64,000 nt of DNA from Actinomycetales bacterium (GCA_045807245.1 JBJMHS010000061.1:3054-67053); one strand, 5' to 3'; positions 1 through 11,093 are shown, counted from the first letter of the stretch. Notes: generated by a model from the letters alone, not told the origin. Numbers and translations: made by a program.

Positions 1-524
1 ATGCGGGGGTCGTCCGGCGGGAGTACCTCAAGCACCCGGGGGCCGTCGGGATCCTGGCCCTGGACGATCAGGAGCGGGTGGCGGTCGTGGACCAGTACCG
101 GCACCCGGTGGGCATGGTCCTGTGGGAGATCCCGGCCGGCCTGCTGGACGTGGCGGAGGAGCCACCCGTGGAGTGCGCGCGGCGCGAGCTGGCCGAGGAG
201 GCCGACCTGGTCGCGCAGGAGTGGCACGTCCTGGCCGACTTCATGAACTCGCCGGGCGGTACGTCCGAGGCCTTCCGCTGCTTCCTGGCCCGCGGGCTCA
301 GTGACGTCCCCGAGGCGCAGCGGCATGCTCGGCACGGCGAGGAGCTGGCCATGCAGGTGCGGTGGGCGGGGCTGGACGAGCTGCGCGACGGGATCCTGGC
401 CGGTCGGCTGCACAGCCCGAGCCTGGTCGTCGGAGTGCTGGCCGCCTGCGCGGCCCGGGACCAGGGCTGGCGCACGCTGCGCCCGGCCAGCGCGCCGTGG
501 CCGCAGCACCCGTCGTACCGCTAG
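1..524 (+). CDS. NUDIX hydrolase (ADP-ribose pyrophosphatase-like), 5' end outside window
   Basis: Frame 3 is open from the window start (AGVVRREYLKHPGAVGILALD...). Nudix box GLLDVAEEPPVECARRELAEEADL is present. Stop at 522-524. Confidence 0.85.
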   Translation, partial: AGVVRREYLKHPGAVGILALDDQERVAVVDQYRHPVGMVLWEIPAGLLDVAEEPPVECARRELAEEADLVAQEWHVLADFMNSPGGTSEAFRCFLARGLSDVPEAQRHARHGEELAMQVRWAGLDELRDGILAGRLHSPSLVVGVLAACAARDQGWRTLRPASAPWPQHPSYR

Positions 525-696
525 GTCGCGCCGGCCGCCTGCCTGCTCGTGCTCCCCAGGGCCCGGTGATCTCGCTCTCCGGGAGGCGTGAGCACCGGGC
601 TGGGGGGAGCACCGCGCGGGGTGGGGAGCTCTAGACTCGCCGCAGCCGCAGCAGGCGGCCCGAGGGCGGCAACGGCGCCGGACTCGGCTGACAGCA

Positions 697-1824
697 ATGG
701 AGCCAAGCGTGAAGGTCGGCATCCCCCGCGAGGTCAAGAACAACGAGTACCGCGTGGCCATCACCCCCTCGGGCGTCCACGAGCTCGTGGCCCACGGCCA
801 TGAGGTGTTCGTCGAGAAGGACGCCGGCGTGGGCTCGTCGATCACCGACGAGGACTACGTCGCGGCCGGGGCCCGCATCCTGGACACCGCGGACGACACC
901 TGGGAGACCGGCGACCTGATCCTCAAGGTCAAGGAGCCGGTCCCGGAGGAGTACCACCGGATGCGCGAGGGGCAGACCCTCTTCACCTACCTGCACCTGG
1001 CGGCGGACCGCCCGCTCACCGAGGAGCTGGTCAAGCGCAAGGTGACCGGCATCGCGTACGAGACGGTCGAGCTGGCCGACCGGTCGCTGCCGCTGCTGGC
1101 CCCGATGAGCGAGGTCGCGGGGCGGCTGGCTCCCCAGGTCGGCGCGCACACGCTGATGCGCGCGCAGGGCGGGCGTGGCGTGCTCATGGGCGGGGTGCCC
1201 GGCACGTACGCGGCCAAGGTCGTCGTCATCGGCGCGGGGGTCGCGGGCCAGAACGCCGCCGCGATCGCCCTGGGCATGCAGGCCGAGGTCCTGCTGCTGG
1301 ACCGCAACGTGGCCCGCCTGCGCCAGGTGGACGCCATCTACCAGGGCCACTGCCAGACCGTGGCCTCCAACGCGTTCGAGGTCGAACGGGCCATCTCCGA
1401 CGCGGACATGGTCATCGGTGCCGTGCTTGTGCCGGGGGCCAAGGCACCGAAGCTGGTCACCAACGAGCAGGTGTCCCGGATGAAGCCCGGCAGCGTGCTG
1501 GTCGACATCTCGATCGACCAGGGGGGCTGCTTCGAGGACTCGCGCCCGACCACGCACGCCGACCCGACGTACCAGGTGCACAGCTCGGTTTTCTACTGCG
1601 TCGCGAACATGCCCGGCGCGGTGCCGCACACCTCGACGTACGCGCTCACCAACGTGACCCTCCCGTACGCCGTGGAGCTCGCCAACCGCGGCTGGCGGAC
1701 CGCCCTGGGCGCCGACCACGCGCTGGGGCTGGGCCTGAACACGTACGACGGGCACGTCACGTACGGCCCGGTCGCCGAGGCCCACGAGATGTCCTCGATC
1801 TCCCTGGACGAGGCCCTGTCCTGA
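697..1824 (+). CDS. ald: L-alanine dehydrogenase
   Basis: 375-aa ORF with [22 protein letters not shown] at the N-terminus and the Rossmann motif [14 protein letters not shown]. An alternative GTG start at 709 is preceded by GGAG. Confidence 0.95.
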   Translation: MEPSVKVGIPREVKNNEYRVAITPSGVHELVAHGHEVFVEKDAGVGSSITDEDYVAAGARILDTADDTWETGDLILKVKEPVPEEYHRMREGQTLFTYLHLAADRPLTEELVKRKVTGIAYETVELADRSLPLLAPMSEVAGRLAPQVGAHTLMRAQGGRGVLMGGVPGTYAAKVVVIGAGVAGQNAAAIALGMQAEVLLLDRNVARLRQVDAIYQGHCQTVASNAFEVERAISDADMVIGAVLVPGAKAPKLVTNEQVSRMKPGSVLVDISIDQGGCFEDSRPTTHADPTYQVHSSVFYCVANMPGAVPHTSTYALTNVTLPYAVELANRGWRTALGADHALGLGLNTYDGHVTYGPVAEAHEMSSISLDEALS

Positions 1825-1847
1825 CGCAGGTCGCACCGGAGACGGCG

Positions 1848-2765
1848 TTGGCGCGGGCCGCCGCCGCCTGGCTCGACCACCTGCAGATCGAGCGTGGCGT
1901 CGCCGCCAACACGCTCACGTCGTACCGGCGTGACCTGCGCCGGTACCTCGCCTTCCTGGACAGTCGCGGCATCGCGGCCCCCGACGCGGTCGGCGAGTCC
2001 GACGTCACCGACTTCCTGGCCCGGCTGCGTGAGGGCGACGACGCACACCCACCGCTGTCCGTGTCGTCGGCCGCCCGGACGCTGGTGGCCGTGCGCGGCC
2101 TGCACCGCTTCTGGCTGCTCGAGGGCGTTACCGCAGCCGACCCGGCCGCTCCGGTCCGGCCGCCGACGCCGTCCAAACGCCTGCCGAAGGCCATCTCGGT
2201 CGACCAGGTGGAGGCCCTGCTGGCGGCCGCGGCCTTCGGCGACACCCCCGCGAGCCTGCGCGACCGGGCCCTGCTCGAGGTGCTCTACGGCTGCGGGGCG
2301 CGGATCTCGGAGGCGGTGGGCCTGGATGTGGACGATCTGGACCTCGAGGCTGGCGCGGTCCGGCTCAAGGGCAAGGGCAGCAAGCAGCGCGTCGTACCGC
2401 TCGGGTCGTTCGCCCGGGAGGCGGTCTCGGCGTACCTGGTCCGGGCCCGGCCCCTGTTCGCCGCCCGCGGGGTGGGGACTCCCGCCGTGTTTCTGAACAC
2501 CCGGGGCGGGCGGCTGTCCCGGCAGAGCGCTTGGACCGTGCTCCGCGCCGCCGCTGAACGGGCCGGGCTGGGCGGTTCGGTCAGCCCGCACACGCTGCGG
2601 CACTCGTTCGCCACCCATCTCCTGGACGGCGGCGCGGACGTGCGCACGGTGCAGGAGCTGCTCGGGCATGCGTCGGTGACGACGACCCAGATCTACACGC
2701 TGGTCACGGTGGAGAAGCTGCGCGAGGTGTACGCCGCGGCGCACCCGCGCGCGAGTGTGCGATGA
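1848..2765 (+). CDS. xerD: Tyrosine site-specific recombinase XerD
   Basis: N-terminal SAM-like domain ([29 protein letters not shown]). C-terminal catalytic motifs [17 protein letters not shown] and [16 protein letters not shown] start. Confidence 0.9.
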   Translation: MARAAAAWLDHLQIERGVAANTLTSYRRDLRRYLAFLDSRGIAAPDAVGESDVTDFLARLREGDDAHPPLSVSSAARTLVAVRGLHRFWLLEGVTAADPAAPVRPPTPSKRLPKAISVDQVEALLAAAAFGDTPASLRDRALLEVLYGCGARISEAVGLDVDDLDLEAGAVRLKGKGSKQRVVPLGSFAREAVSAYLVRARPLFAARGVGTPAVFLNTRGGRLSRQSAWTVLRAAAERAGLGGSVSPHTLRHSFATHLLDGGADVRTVQELLGHASVTTTQIYTLVTVEKLREVYAAAHPRASVR

Positions 2766-2923
2766 GCGCCGCCGTGACCGGTGTGGCTGTTGTGGTATAT
2801 GGGTTTTGGCCCTTGCGGCGTGCCGCGGCTAGCCTCGCCCAGGGCTGAGTCAGACTGGGTGGCATCGAACCTGCCTTGGCACAAGAGCTGACTTCGAGCC
2901 GTACCCGTTGGAAGAGGACCGTC

Positions 2924-3883
2924 GTGAGCACCGATACCGAGTTGACCCGGGGCCTGACCCAGGAGATGCCCGAGCTGACGGTCTCGGTCGACGACGCCCC
3001 GACCCAGACCGTTGATGATGCACGCCCGGACACGCTGACCGTGACTGACGGGCCGACCGGACGGCCGATGCCGGACTTCCCGGCGCCGCCACCGCTGAGC
3101 TCGCACGGGCCGGCCCGGATCATCGCCATGTGCAACCAGAAGGGTGGCGTGGGCAAGACCACGACGACGATCAACCTGGGGGCCGCGCTCGCTGAGTACG
3201 GCCGCAAGGTCCTGCTGGTGGACTTCGACCCGCAGGGTGCGCTGTCGGTCGGTCTGGGGATCAACCCGCACGAGCTCGACACGACCGTGTACCAGCTTCT
3301 GATGGACCGGTCGGTCGACGCGCACTCGGTGATCCAGCACACCGCGGTGCCCGAGCTGGACGTGCTCCCGGCCAACATCGACCTGTCCGCGGCGGAGGTG
3401 CAGCTGGTCGGCGAGGTCGCCCGCGAACAGGTGCTGTCCCGGGCCTTGCGGCCGCTGACCGACGACTACGACGTGATCATGATCGACTGCCAGCCCTCCC
3501 TAGGGCTGTTGACCGTCAACGCCCTCACGGCCGCGCACGGCGTGGTCATCCCGCTCGAGTGTGAGTTCTTCGCCCTGCGTGGTGTGGCGCTGCTCGTGGA
3601 GACGATCGAGAAGGTGCAGGACCGGCTCAACGCGCGGCTGGAGATCGACGGCATCCTGGCGACGATGTACGACGGCCGGACGCTGCACAGCCGCGAGGTC
3701 GTGCAGCGCGTCGTCGAGGCGTTCGGCGACCACGTGTTCCACACGGTCATCGCCCGGACCGTGAAGTTCCCGGACGCGACCGTCGCTGCCGAGCCGATCA
3801 CGTCGTACGCCGCGACCCACCCGGGTGCCGAGTCCTATCGACGGCTGGCCCGCGAGCTCATTGCCCGTGGCGACGCAGCCTGA
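2924..3883 (+). CDS. ParA/Soj-family ATPase (chromosome-associated ParA-like)
   Basis: Deviant Walker A NQKGGVGKTTTTINLG, followed by VLLVDFDPQG. GTG at 2924 is preceded by GAAGAGGA. The ORF track allows 2876. Confidence 0.85.
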   Translation: MSTDTELTRGLTQEMPELTVSVDDAPTQTVDDARPDTLTVTDGPTGRPMPDFPAPPPLSSHGPARIIAMCNQKGGVGKTTTTINLGAALAEYGRKVLLVDFDPQGALSVGLGINPHELDTTVYQLLMDRSVDAHSVIQHTAVPELDVLPANIDLSAAEVQLVGEVAREQVLSRALRPLTDDYDVIMIDCQPSLGLLTVNALTAAHGVVIPLECEFFALRGVALLVETIEKVQDRLNARLEIDGILATMYDGRTLHSREVVQRVVEAFGDHVFHTVIARTVKFPDATVAAEPITSYAATHPGAESYRRLARELIARGDAA

Positions 3884-4739
3884 CCTGGAGGTCCCCGGCG
3901 GCGTTCTCACCTCGCGCACCTCGGGGGCGCCGTTCGAGGTGCACCTGGACGTGTTCGAGGGACCGTTTGACCTGCTGCTCGGTCTGATCTCGAAGCACAA
4001 GCTCGACATCACCGAGGTCGCGCTGGCCAAGGTCACCGACGAGTTCATCGGGTGGATCAAGGCCTATCGGGACGTGAACGGCGAAGACTGGGACCTGGCC
4101 AAGGCGAGCGAGTTCCTGGTTGTCGCGGCCACGCTGCTGGACCTCAAGGCCGCCCGCCTGCTGCCCTCGGCCGACGAACCGGACGAGGACGACCTGGCCC
4201 TGATCGAGGCCCGCGACCTGCTGTTCGCCCGCCTGCTGCAGTACCGCGCGTTCAAGGGCATCGCCGCCGTCTTCGAGCAGCGGATGGCCGACCGCGCCCG
4301 CCGCATGCCGCGTCAGGTCGGCCTCGAACCCCGGCTCGCCGGCCTGCTGCCCGAGCTGGTCTTCGGGATCACCCCCGAGCAGGTCGCCGCCCTGGCCGGC
4401 ATCGCGATGACGCCGCGCCCCGAGGTCGGGGTCGGTCTGGACCACCTGCACGCCCCAGCGGTCAGCGTCCGCGAGCAGGCGGCCATCGTGGTGGAGCGGC
4501 TGCGCCACTCCGGCACGGTGAGCTTCCGCTCGCTGGTCGCGGACTCGGAGATCGCCGTCGTCGTGGCCCGGTTCCTGGCTCTCCTGGAGCTCTACCGCGA
4601 GGGCGCGGTCGCGTTCGACCAGGTCACGGCCCTCGGTGAGCTGTCCATCCGATGGGTGGGCGAGGACGACCGGGAGTTCGGCGTCGGCGACGAGTTCGAC
4701 GTCGGGGGCTCGGCCAGCAACGAGGAGGGACGGTCGTGA
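3867..4739 (+). CDS. scpA: Segregation and condensation protein A
   Basis: FEVHLDVFEGPFDLLLGLISKHKLDITEVALAKVTDEF is the typical ScpA N-terminus. Start is ambiguous (GTG at 3825 or 3867) and overlaps the parA end. Confidence 0.85.
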   Translation: MATQPDLEVPGGVLTSRTSGAPFEVHLDVFEGPFDLLLGLISKHKLDITEVALAKVTDEFIGWIKAYRDVNGEDWDLAKASEFLVVAATLLDLKAARLLPSADEPDEDDLALIEARDLLFARLLQYRAFKGIAAVFEQRMADRARRMPRQVGLEPRLAGLLPELVFGITPEQVAALAGIAMTPRPEVGVGLDHLHAPAVSVREQAAIVVERLRHSGTVSFRSLVADSEIAVVVARFLALLELYREGAVAFDQVTALGELSIRWVGEDDREFGVGDEFDVGGSASNEEGRS

Positions 4740-5395
4740 GCGACGACCAGCACGACGAGCAGTACGACGAGCGGCAGGACGAGCGACACGACGAGCACGG
4801 ACCCCGTGCGCCGCAGAGCCAGGTCGTCGACGTCGACGACCTCCCGGGCGGTGCACGGGGAGCGCTCGAGGCTGTCCTCATGGTCGTGGACGAGCCGATC
4901 AGCGACGTCGCCCTCGCGACGGCCCTCGGGCTGACCCGGGACCGGGTGCGTGAGGAGCTGAGCCGGCTGGCCGCGAGCTACGTCGAGGAGGGGCGCGGGT
5001 TCGAGCTGCGCGAGGTCGGCGGGGCGTGGCGGTTCTACAGCAGTCCGGCGTACGCCGCGCTGGTCGAGGCGTTCGTCCTGGACGGTCAGCAGGCCAGGCT
5101 CACCCAGGCAGCACTGGAGACCCTGGCGGTCGTGGCCTACCGCCAGCCGGTCGCCCGCGGCCGGGTCTCCGCCATCCGCGGCGTCAACGTGGACGGTGTG
5201 ATGCGCACCCTGGTGTCCCGAGGGCTGGTCGAGGAGACCGGCACCGACCACGAGACGGGCGCCATCCTGTACGGCACGACCACGTTGTTCCTGGAGCGAA
5301 TCGGCCTGTCCAGCCTCGAGGAGCTGCCCGCCCTCGCGCCGTTCCTGCCCGAGGTCGACGCACTGGACGAGCTCGCAGGGCACCACACGGGCTGA
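4736..5395 (+). CDS. scpB: Segregation and condensation protein B
   Basis: LEAVLMVVDEPISDVALATALG...GFELREVGGAWRFYS...LETLAVVAYRQPVARGRVSAIRGV. GTGA overlap with the scpA stop. SD GAGGAGGGA lies upstream. Confidence 0.85.
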   Translation: MSDDQHDEQYDERQDERHDEHGPRAPQSQVVDVDDLPGGARGALEAVLMVVDEPISDVALATALGLTRDRVREELSRLAASYVEEGRGFELREVGGAWRFYSSPAYAALVEAFVLDGQQARLTQAALETLAVVAYRQPVARGRVSAIRGVNVDGVMRTLVSRGLVEETGTDHETGAILYGTTTLFLERIGLSSLEELPALAPFLPEVDALDELAGHHTG

Positions 5396-5418
5396 GCACG
5401 CGTTTGGGCAGGCCGTGT

Positions 5419-6270
5419 GTGGCCAGCGATGATGGGTCGGTGAGCCCCCGTGCCCGACCCGACCTGTCAGCACCACAGCGGCGGAAACCCCCGCGTGGTG
5501 CTGACGCGCGCCGACGACCGGTCCCGGCCAAGGACGTGCACGACCCGGACGGGATCCGGCTGCAGAAGCTGCTGGCCCAGGCCGGTCTGGGCAGCCGCCG
5601 CGCCTGCGAGGAGCTGATCGCGCAGGGGCGGGTCAAGGTCGACGACCAGGTGGTCCGCGAGCTCGGCGTCCGGGTCGACCCGGCCCGGGCGGTCATCCAC
5701 GTGGACGGGCTGCGCGTCCAGCTGGGTGAGGACAAGGTCTACCTGGCGATCAACAAGCCGCTCGGCGTCGTCTCGACCATGGACGACGACCGCGGCCGGC
5801 CGTCGCTCGCCGACTTCGTCGGGCAGCGCAAGGAGCGGCTGTTCCACGTCGGGCGCCTGGACATCGACACCGAGGGCCTGCTCCTCCTGACGAACGACGG
5901 CGAGCTCGCGCACCGGCTCCAGCACCCGTCGTACGGCGTCCCGAAGACGTACCTGGCCGAGGTACGCGGACCGGTCGCCCGCGACGTCGGCAAGCGGCTG
6001 CGGGCAGGCGTGGAGCTGGAGGACGGCGTCGTCGCCGTCGACAGCTTCAAGATCGTGGACTCCCAACCGGGGAAGGCGCTGGTCGAGGTCGTGATCCACG
6101 AGGGCAAGCAGCACGTCGTACGGCGCATGCTGGAGTCCGTCGGTTACCCGGTCCTGCAGCTGGTGCGCACCGACGTCGGGCCGATCCGCCTTGGGGAGCT
6201 GCGCTCTGGCAAGGTCCGGTCGCTGACGCGTGACGAGGTCGGCCGTCTGTACGCGTCGGTGGGCTTGTAA
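5419..6270 (+). CDS. rluB: rRNA pseudouridine synthase (RluB/RsuA family)
   Basis: S4 domain (IRLQKLLAQAGLGSRRACEELIAQGRVKVD) plus the catalytic motif HVGRLDIDTEGLLLLTNDGEL. The 5' part of the 414-aa ORF overlaps scpB and is not coding here. Confidence 0.85.
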   Translation: MASDDGSVSPRARPDLSAPQRRKPPRGADARRRPVPAKDVHDPDGIRLQKLLAQAGLGSRRACEELIAQGRVKVDDQVVRELGVRVDPARAVIHVDGLRVQLGEDKVYLAINKPLGVVSTMDDDRGRPSLADFVGQRKERLFHVGRLDIDTEGLLLLTNDGELAHRLQHPSYGVPKTYLAEVRGPVARDVGKRLRAGVELEDGVVAVDSFKIVDSQPGKALVEVVIHEGKQHVVRRMLESVGYPVLQLVRTDVGPIRLGELRSGKVRSLTRDEVGRLYASVGL

Positions 6271-6335
6271 CCTCCGCCACGGAGCACTCGGCGCCGCCGA
6301 GGCCCAGCCACCGACGCCATCCGAGGAGGTAGGTC

Positions 6336-6698
6336 GTGGCGGTACGCGCCGTGCGGGGGGCGATCCAGCTGGAACGCGATGAGCGCGAGCACCTGCTGGA
6401 GTCGGTCCGTGAGCTCGTGCGCGCGGTCCTGGACTCGAACCCGTTCGACGTCGACGACCTGATCAGCGTGATCTTCACCGCGACGCAGGACCTGCACAGC
6501 GAGTTCCCGGCCCTGGCCGCGCGTGAGCTCGGGCTGGGGGACGTGCCGCTCATCTGCACCCAGGAGCTCGACATCACCGGTGCGATGCCACGCGTGGTCC
6601 GGTTGATGGCCCATGTGGACACGGACCTGTCGCGCGCGGAGATCCAGCACGTCTACCTGCGGGGTGCGGCCGAGCTGCGCCGCGACCTGGCCCAATGA
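6336..6698 (+). CDS. aroH: Chorismate mutase, AroH class
   Basis: 120 aa: VRAVRGAIQLERDE...VIFTATQDLHSEFPA...TQELDITGAMPRVVRLMAHV, collinear with monofunctional AroH-type mutases. SD GAGGAGG lies upstream. Confidence 0.85.
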   Translation: MAVRAVRGAIQLERDEREHLLESVRELVRAVLDSNPFDVDDLISVIFTATQDLHSEFPALAARELGLGDVPLICTQELDITGAMPRVVRLMAHVDTDLSRAEIQHVYLRGAAELRRDLAQ

Positions 6699-6732
6699 GG
6701 TCCGATGAGCGCCTGCCCGTGAGAGCGCGGCC

Positions 6733-7884
6733 ATGAGCCTGCCCGAGACCGTCGCCGAGCCGCCGGCCGGGCTGCCTGGTGCCGTCCGGGTGGTCGGCGC
6801 CGGTCTCCTCGGGACGTCGCTGGGCCTGGCGCTGCGGCAGCAGGGCGTCGACGTCGAGCTGTCCGACCCCTCGCCGACCGCCTTGGCCCTGGCCGCGGAC
6901 CTCGGAGCCGGCCGGCCGGCTTCGCCAGCGGCTCCGGGTGGAGCGGCGCTGGTCGTCGTCGCAGCCCCGCCAGACGTCGTGGCCGAGGTGGTAGCCGCCG
7001 AGCTCGCGGCTGCTCCCGATGCAGTGGTCACCGATCTGGCGAGCGTCAAGGCCGGACCGCTGAAAGCGTTGCAGGACAAGGGCATTGAACTGTCGCGGTA
7101 CGTCGGCTCCCACCCGATGGCGGGACGTGAGCGCTCCGGAGCCGTGGCGGCTCGGGCCGACCTGTTCGCCGGCCGGCCGTGGGTCGTCTGTGCGCACCCG
7201 GCCAGCTCGGCCGCCGCCCTGGCGGCGGTGCGAAGTCTCGCCGTGACGGTCGGGGCCCTGCCGACCGAGCTCGACGCGGACGCGCACGACGGCGCCGTGG
7301 CGCTCGTCTCGCACGTGCCGCAGGTTCTGGCCAGCCTGGCCGCGGCCCGGCTCAGCCGAGCCTCCGAGGGCGCGCTCGCGTTGTCCGGGCAGGGACTGCG
7401 CGATGTGACGCGCATCGCGGCCAGCGACCCCGCCCTGTGGACCCAGATCCTGGGCGCGAACGCAGCCGCGGTCGGTGACGTGCTGCGGGCCGTCCGCGCC
7501 GACCTGGACCGGGTCGTCGAGGCCCTGGAGGCGCTGGCCGCGGAGACGGCCGAGACCCCGGCTCGCGGGGCCCGGGCGGCGGTCGCCGGACTGGTCGCGC
7601 AGGGCAACGCCGGCGAGCGCCGCATCCCGGGCAAGCACGGCGCACCGCACACGTCGTACGCCGTGGTGCCGGTGCTCGTGCCGGACCGGCCGGGCGAGCT
7701 GGCCCGGCTGCTGCACGACGTCGGCGCGGCCGGCGTGAACCTGGAGGACCTGCGCCTCGAGCACAGCCAAGGCCAACCGGTCGGAGTCGCGGAGGTCCTC
7801 GTCGTGCCCGCCGCGGCGCCCACTCTGGTGAGCGCGCTGCAGGAGCGCGGCTGGACCGTCCACGAGGCCGGGCGGACGCTGTGA
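6733..7884 (+). CDS. tyrA: Prephenate dehydrogenase
   Basis: N-terminal Rossmann motif VRVVGAGLLGTSLGLAL, then GSHPMAGRE and a C-terminal ACT-like segment. It follows chorismate mutase. Confidence 0.85.
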   Translation: MSLPETVAEPPAGLPGAVRVVGAGLLGTSLGLALRQQGVDVELSDPSPTALALAADLGAGRPASPAAPGGAALVVVAAPPDVVAEVVAAELAAAPDAVVTDLASVKAGPLKALQDKGIELSRYVGSHPMAGRERSGAVAARADLFAGRPWVVCAHPASSAAALAAVRSLAVTVGALPTELDADAHDGAVALVSHVPQVLASLAAARLSRASEGALALSGQGLRDVTRIAASDPALWTQILGANAAAVGDVLRAVRADLDRVVEALEALAAETAETPARGARAAVAGLVAQGNAGERRIPGKHGAPHTSYAVVPVLVPDRPGELARLLHDVGAAGVNLEDLRLEHSQGQPVGVAEVLVVPAAAPTLVSALQERGWTVHEAGRTL

Positions 7885-7946
7885 TCGCCCGCCCGTGCGG
7901 TGCGACCGATTGTCGGGTCGTCGCGGCCAACGGCTAATCTCACGCA

Positions 7947-8711
7947 GTGCCGTACGACGAAGCCCACCGCCGCATCGTCGTCGCTATCGACGGGCCGAGC
8001 GGATCGGGCAAGTCCACCGTTTCCCGGCGCGTGGCAGCGGCGCTCGGTCTTCGGTTCGTCGACACGGGTGCGATCTATCGGGCGCTGACCTGGTGGTGCC
8101 TGGAGTCGGGCGTCGACCTGGAGGACCAGGCCGCCGTGGCCGCTATGGCCAAGGACTTCCCGCTCGAGATCGGCACGGACGCCCGCGCGCCCAAGGTCGC
8201 CGTGGGCGGTCGGGACATCGCCGCCGCGATCCGCGAGCCGCGCATCTCGGCCGCCGTCAGTGCGGTGGCGACCAACCTGGAGGTGCGGGCGACGCTGCTG
8301 CCCGTCCAGCGTGAGCTGATCGCGCAGGGGCGGCGGGGCGCGGTCGCCGAAGGTCGCGACATCACCACCGTCGTGGCCCCGGACGCCGACGTACGGATCC
8401 TGCTGACCGCCAACGAGCAAGCACGGCTCGAGCGCCGGGCCACCGAGATCCACGGGGACGCCGACGAGGCCGCGATCGAGGCCACCCGCGACCAGGTCGT
8501 GCGGCGGGACCGGGACGACTCCGCGGTGGCGAGCTTCCTGACCGCGGGGGAAGGGGTCCGGACGATCGACTCCTCGGGCCTGACGCTCGACCAGGTGGTC
8601 AACGCCGTCCTGGCCGAGGTGGCGGCGACGACGGGCGTGGGTCCGGAGCATCCGGACATCGACCTGAGAGGCGACCGGTCCGGCGACGAGTCCCGTGAGG
8701 TGGGGTCGTGA
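7947..8711 (+). CDS. cmk: Cytidylate kinase
   Basis: P-loop [21 protein letters not shown] followed by [12 protein letters not shown] start. Confidence 0.9.
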   Translation: MPYDEAHRRIVVAIDGPSGSGKSTVSRRVAAALGLRFVDTGAIYRALTWWCLESGVDLEDQAAVAAMAKDFPLEIGTDARAPKVAVGGRDIAAAIREPRISAAVSAVATNLEVRATLLPVQRELIAQGRRGAVAEGRDITTVVAPDADVRILLTANEQARLERRATEIHGDADEAAIEATRDQVVRRDRDDSAVASFLTAGEGVRTIDSSGLTLDQVVNAVLAEVAATTGVGPEHPDIDLRGDRSGDESREVGS

Positions 8712-9409
8712 CCGAAGGACGCCGGCGCAACATCGAGCCGCCGCCCGGCCCGCGCGGAGCAGCGCTCGGCCACGGGATCGGAGCGGTGGTGTTCCGGACG
8801 GTCTACCGCGGGCGCTCGTACGGCAACACCAACGTGCCCCGGACCGGCCCGGTGATCTATGCGGCGAACCACACGAGCTTCATGGACGGGCCGCTGGTCT
8901 TCGGCCTCGCGCCGCGACCGGTCCACTTCATCGTCAAGCAGGAGATGTTCACCGGTGCGATGGGCCGGTTCATCGAGGCGATGGGCCAGATCCCGATCGA
9001 CCGGTCGATCGCAGACCGCGCCGCGCTGACCTCGGCCCTGTCCGTGCTGAAGCGCGGAGGCGTCGTCGGCATATTTCCCGAAGGCCGGCGCGGCCGCGGC
9101 GACGTGGCGGAGGCCAACGCGGGCACCGTCTGGCTGGGGCTGGCCTCAGGAGCGCCCGTCGTACCGGTCGCGGTGCTGGGTACGCGTCGTACCGGCCAGT
9201 CGATCAGCGGCTTCCCACCGCCGTTGCGCCGTGTGGCAACGGTTTTCGACTCTCCCCTCCAGCTGTCATTGCCCGATGGCGTGCCGCGCCGGCAGGCGAT
9301 GGCCGACCTGACCGAGGACCTGCGGCGACGCCTGTCGTCGCATGTGCTCGACGCGAGCGAGCGCCTTGGCCTGCCGTTGCCCGCCGACGACCAGACGGAA
9401 CGCGCGTGA
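8708..9409 (+). CDS. plsC: 1-acyl-sn-glycerol-3-phosphate acyltransferase family protein
   Basis: HX4D-type motif [10 protein letters not shown] and [13 protein letters not shown] overlap with the cmk stop. Confidence 0.85.
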   Translation: MTEGRRRNIEPPPGPRGAALGHGIGAVVFRTVYRGRSYGNTNVPRTGPVIYAANHTSFMDGPLVFGLAPRPVHFIVKQEMFTGAMGRFIEAMGQIPIDRSIADRAALTSALSVLKRGGVVGIFPEGRRGRGDVAEANAGTVWLGLASGAPVVPVAVLGTRRTGQSISGFPPPLRRVATVFDSPLQLSLPDGVPRRQAMADLTEDLRRRLSSHVLDASERLGLPLPADDQTERA

Positions 9410-10884
9410 CTGACGAACCGACTGACGAACCGACCGACGAACCGACCGACGAGCGGGTCGCGGAGAGCCTGCTGGCGGGGCTGGAGCAGTACGAGCTGGA
9501 CGACGAGGACCGGGCGCTGCTCGAACATCCGGGCGACGAGTCGGCCGACGGCCGGCAGGGCGGTCCGCTGCCCGTGCTGGCGGTCGTCGGGCGGCCGAAC
9601 GTGGGCAAGTCGACGTTGGTGAACCGCATCCTGGGCCGGCGCGAAGCCGTGGTCGAAGATGTGCCGGGCGTGACCCGCGACCGCGTTGCGTACGAGGCGG
9701 ACTGGGCCGGCCGCCGGTTCACGCTGGTCGACACCGGTGGGTGGCAGCGCAAGGCCCAGGGCATGCATCTGCGGGTTGCCGAGCAGGCCGAGGTCGCGAT
9801 CGAGCTCGCCGACGCCGTGTTGTTCGTCGTCGACGCGACCGTGGGGTCGACCGACGAGGACGCCTCTGTCGTCCGCGTCCTGCGGCGGTCCGGCAAGCCG
9901 GTGGTGCTCGCGGCGAACAAGGTGGACGACCAGCGCACCGAGGCTGACGCGGCGGGCCTGTGGTCGCTCGGCCTCGGGGAGCCGTACGCCGTCTCGGCCC
10001 TGCACGGGCGCGGCAGTGGGGACCTGCTCGATGCCGCCCTGGCGGTGCTGCCTCCGGTGAGCGCGGTCGGCGGCGCGTATGCCGAGGGCGGGCCGCGGCG
10101 GGTCGCGCTGCTCGGCCGGCCGAACGTCGGCAAGTCCAGCCTGCTCAACAAGGTCGCGGGGGCCGAGCGGGTGGTCGTGGACGCGACGGCCGGTACGACG
10201 CGCGACCCGGTCGACGAGCTGGTGGAGCTGGGCGGCCGGCAGTGGCGGTTCGTCGACACGGCCGGCATCCGGCGGCGGGTGCACCAGACGCACGGTGCCG
10301 ACTTCTACGCGTCGCTGCGGACCCAGGCGGCGTTGGAGAAGGCCGAGGTGGCGGTCGTGCTCATCGACGCGCAGGAGCCCATCGCCGAGCAGGACGTCCG
10401 GGTCGTGCAGGAGGTCATCGACTCCGGCCGGGCACTCGTGATCGCGTACAACAAGTGGGACCTGCTGGACGAGGAGCGGCGCTACTACCTCGAGCGCGAG
10501 ATCGAGCAGGACTTCGTCCAGGTCGCCTGGGCGCCGCGGGTGAACCTGTCCGCCCGGACCGGACGGCACCTGGACCGGCTCGTCCCCGCGCTCGACGTCG
10601 CGCTCGACTCGTGGGACATGCGCATCCCGACCGGGCGGCTGAACGCCTTCCTCGGTGAGGTCGTCGCCGGGCACCCGCATCCCGTGCGCGGCGGCAAGCA
10701 GCCCCGGATCCTGTTCGCCACGCAGGCGGCGACCCGGCCCCCGCGCTTCGTGGTGTTCGCCAGCGGGTTCCTGGAGGCGGGTTACCGGCGCTTCCTCGAA
10801 CGGCGGCTGCGCGAGCAGTTCGGCTTCGAGGGCACGCCGATCGAAGTCAGCGTGCGGGTGCGGGAGAAGCGCTCGCGGCGCTGA
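9406..10884 (+). CDS. der: Ribosome biogenesis GTPase Der (EngA)
   Basis: Two tandem GTPase domains ([13 protein letters not shown]...DTGG and [13 protein letters not shown]...DTAG...NKWD) plus a KH-like C-terminus. GTGA overlap with the plsC stop. The acidic N-terminal extension carries TDEP repeats. Confidence 0.92.
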   Translation: MTDEPTDEPTDEPTDERVAESLLAGLEQYELDDEDRALLEHPGDESADGRQGGPLPVLAVVGRPNVGKSTLVNRILGRREAVVEDVPGVTRDRVAYEADWAGRRFTLVDTGGWQRKAQGMHLRVAEQAEVAIELADAVLFVVDATVGSTDEDASVVRVLRRSGKPVVLAANKVDDQRTEADAAGLWSLGLGEPYAVSALHGRGSGDLLDAALAVLPPVSAVGGAYAEGGPRRVALLGRPNVGKSSLLNKVAGAERVVVDATAGTTRDPVDELVELGGRQWRFVDTAGIRRRVHQTHGADFYASLRTQAALEKAEVAVVLIDAQEPIAEQDVRVVQEVIDSGRALVIAYNKWDLLDEERRYYLEREIEQDFVQVAWAPRVNLSARTGRHLDRLVPALDVALDSWDMRIPTGRLNAFLGEVVAGHPHPVRGGKQPRILFATQAATRPPRFVVFASGFLEAGYRRFLERRLREQFGFEGTPIEVSVRVREKRSRR

Positions 10885-10947
10885 AACCCTGGGCAAGGGC
10901 CGCGCGGTCCTGCGGTAACCTGCCGTTGCCCGTGCAAGCGGGCGTCC

Positions 10948-11021
<74 letters not shown>

Positions 11022-11036
11022 CCGGGTGTGTTCCGC

Positions 11037-11073
11037 GGCCCCGATCCGCCCAGGAGATGGGCGGATCGGGGCC
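11037..11073. terminator. Bidirectional hairpin terminator between tRNA-Pro and a convergent CDS
   Basis: Perfect 15-bp stem GGCCCCGATCCGCCC / GGGCGGATCGGGGCC with a 7-nt loop, followed by GCGCTGTTGTT. Confidence 0.6.
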
Positions 11074-11093
11074 GCGCTGTTGTTCGGCCCGGC

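Noticed and set aside
1848-2765. The tyrosine recombinase as a phage or ICE integrase.
   Set aside because: Its size, N-terminal XerD-type domain and conserved neighbourhood (nudix, ald, parA-like, scpAB) indicate the housekeeping dimer-resolution recombinase. No phage genes are adjacent.
2924-3883. An orphan ParA without ParB as a plasmid or ICE partition remnant.
   Set aside because: It sits in the conserved actinobacterial xerD-parA-scpA-scpB arrangement. No parB, parS array or replication gene is nearby.
6144-8651. Very long ORFs antisense to, or out of frame with, annotated genes. Examples: 6144..8651 (-, 835 aa), 631..1836 (-), 13632..16148 (-, 838 aa), 17731..19635 (-), 25836..28718 (+, 960 aa), 38852..41032 (-), 54292..56151 (-), 60902..63031 (-).
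   Set aside because: Their translations are Arg/Pro/Gly/Ala-rich with no recognisable motifs. Each overlaps a gene with clear family signatures on the other strand or frame. Such stop-free shadow frames are expected in ~70% GC DNA.
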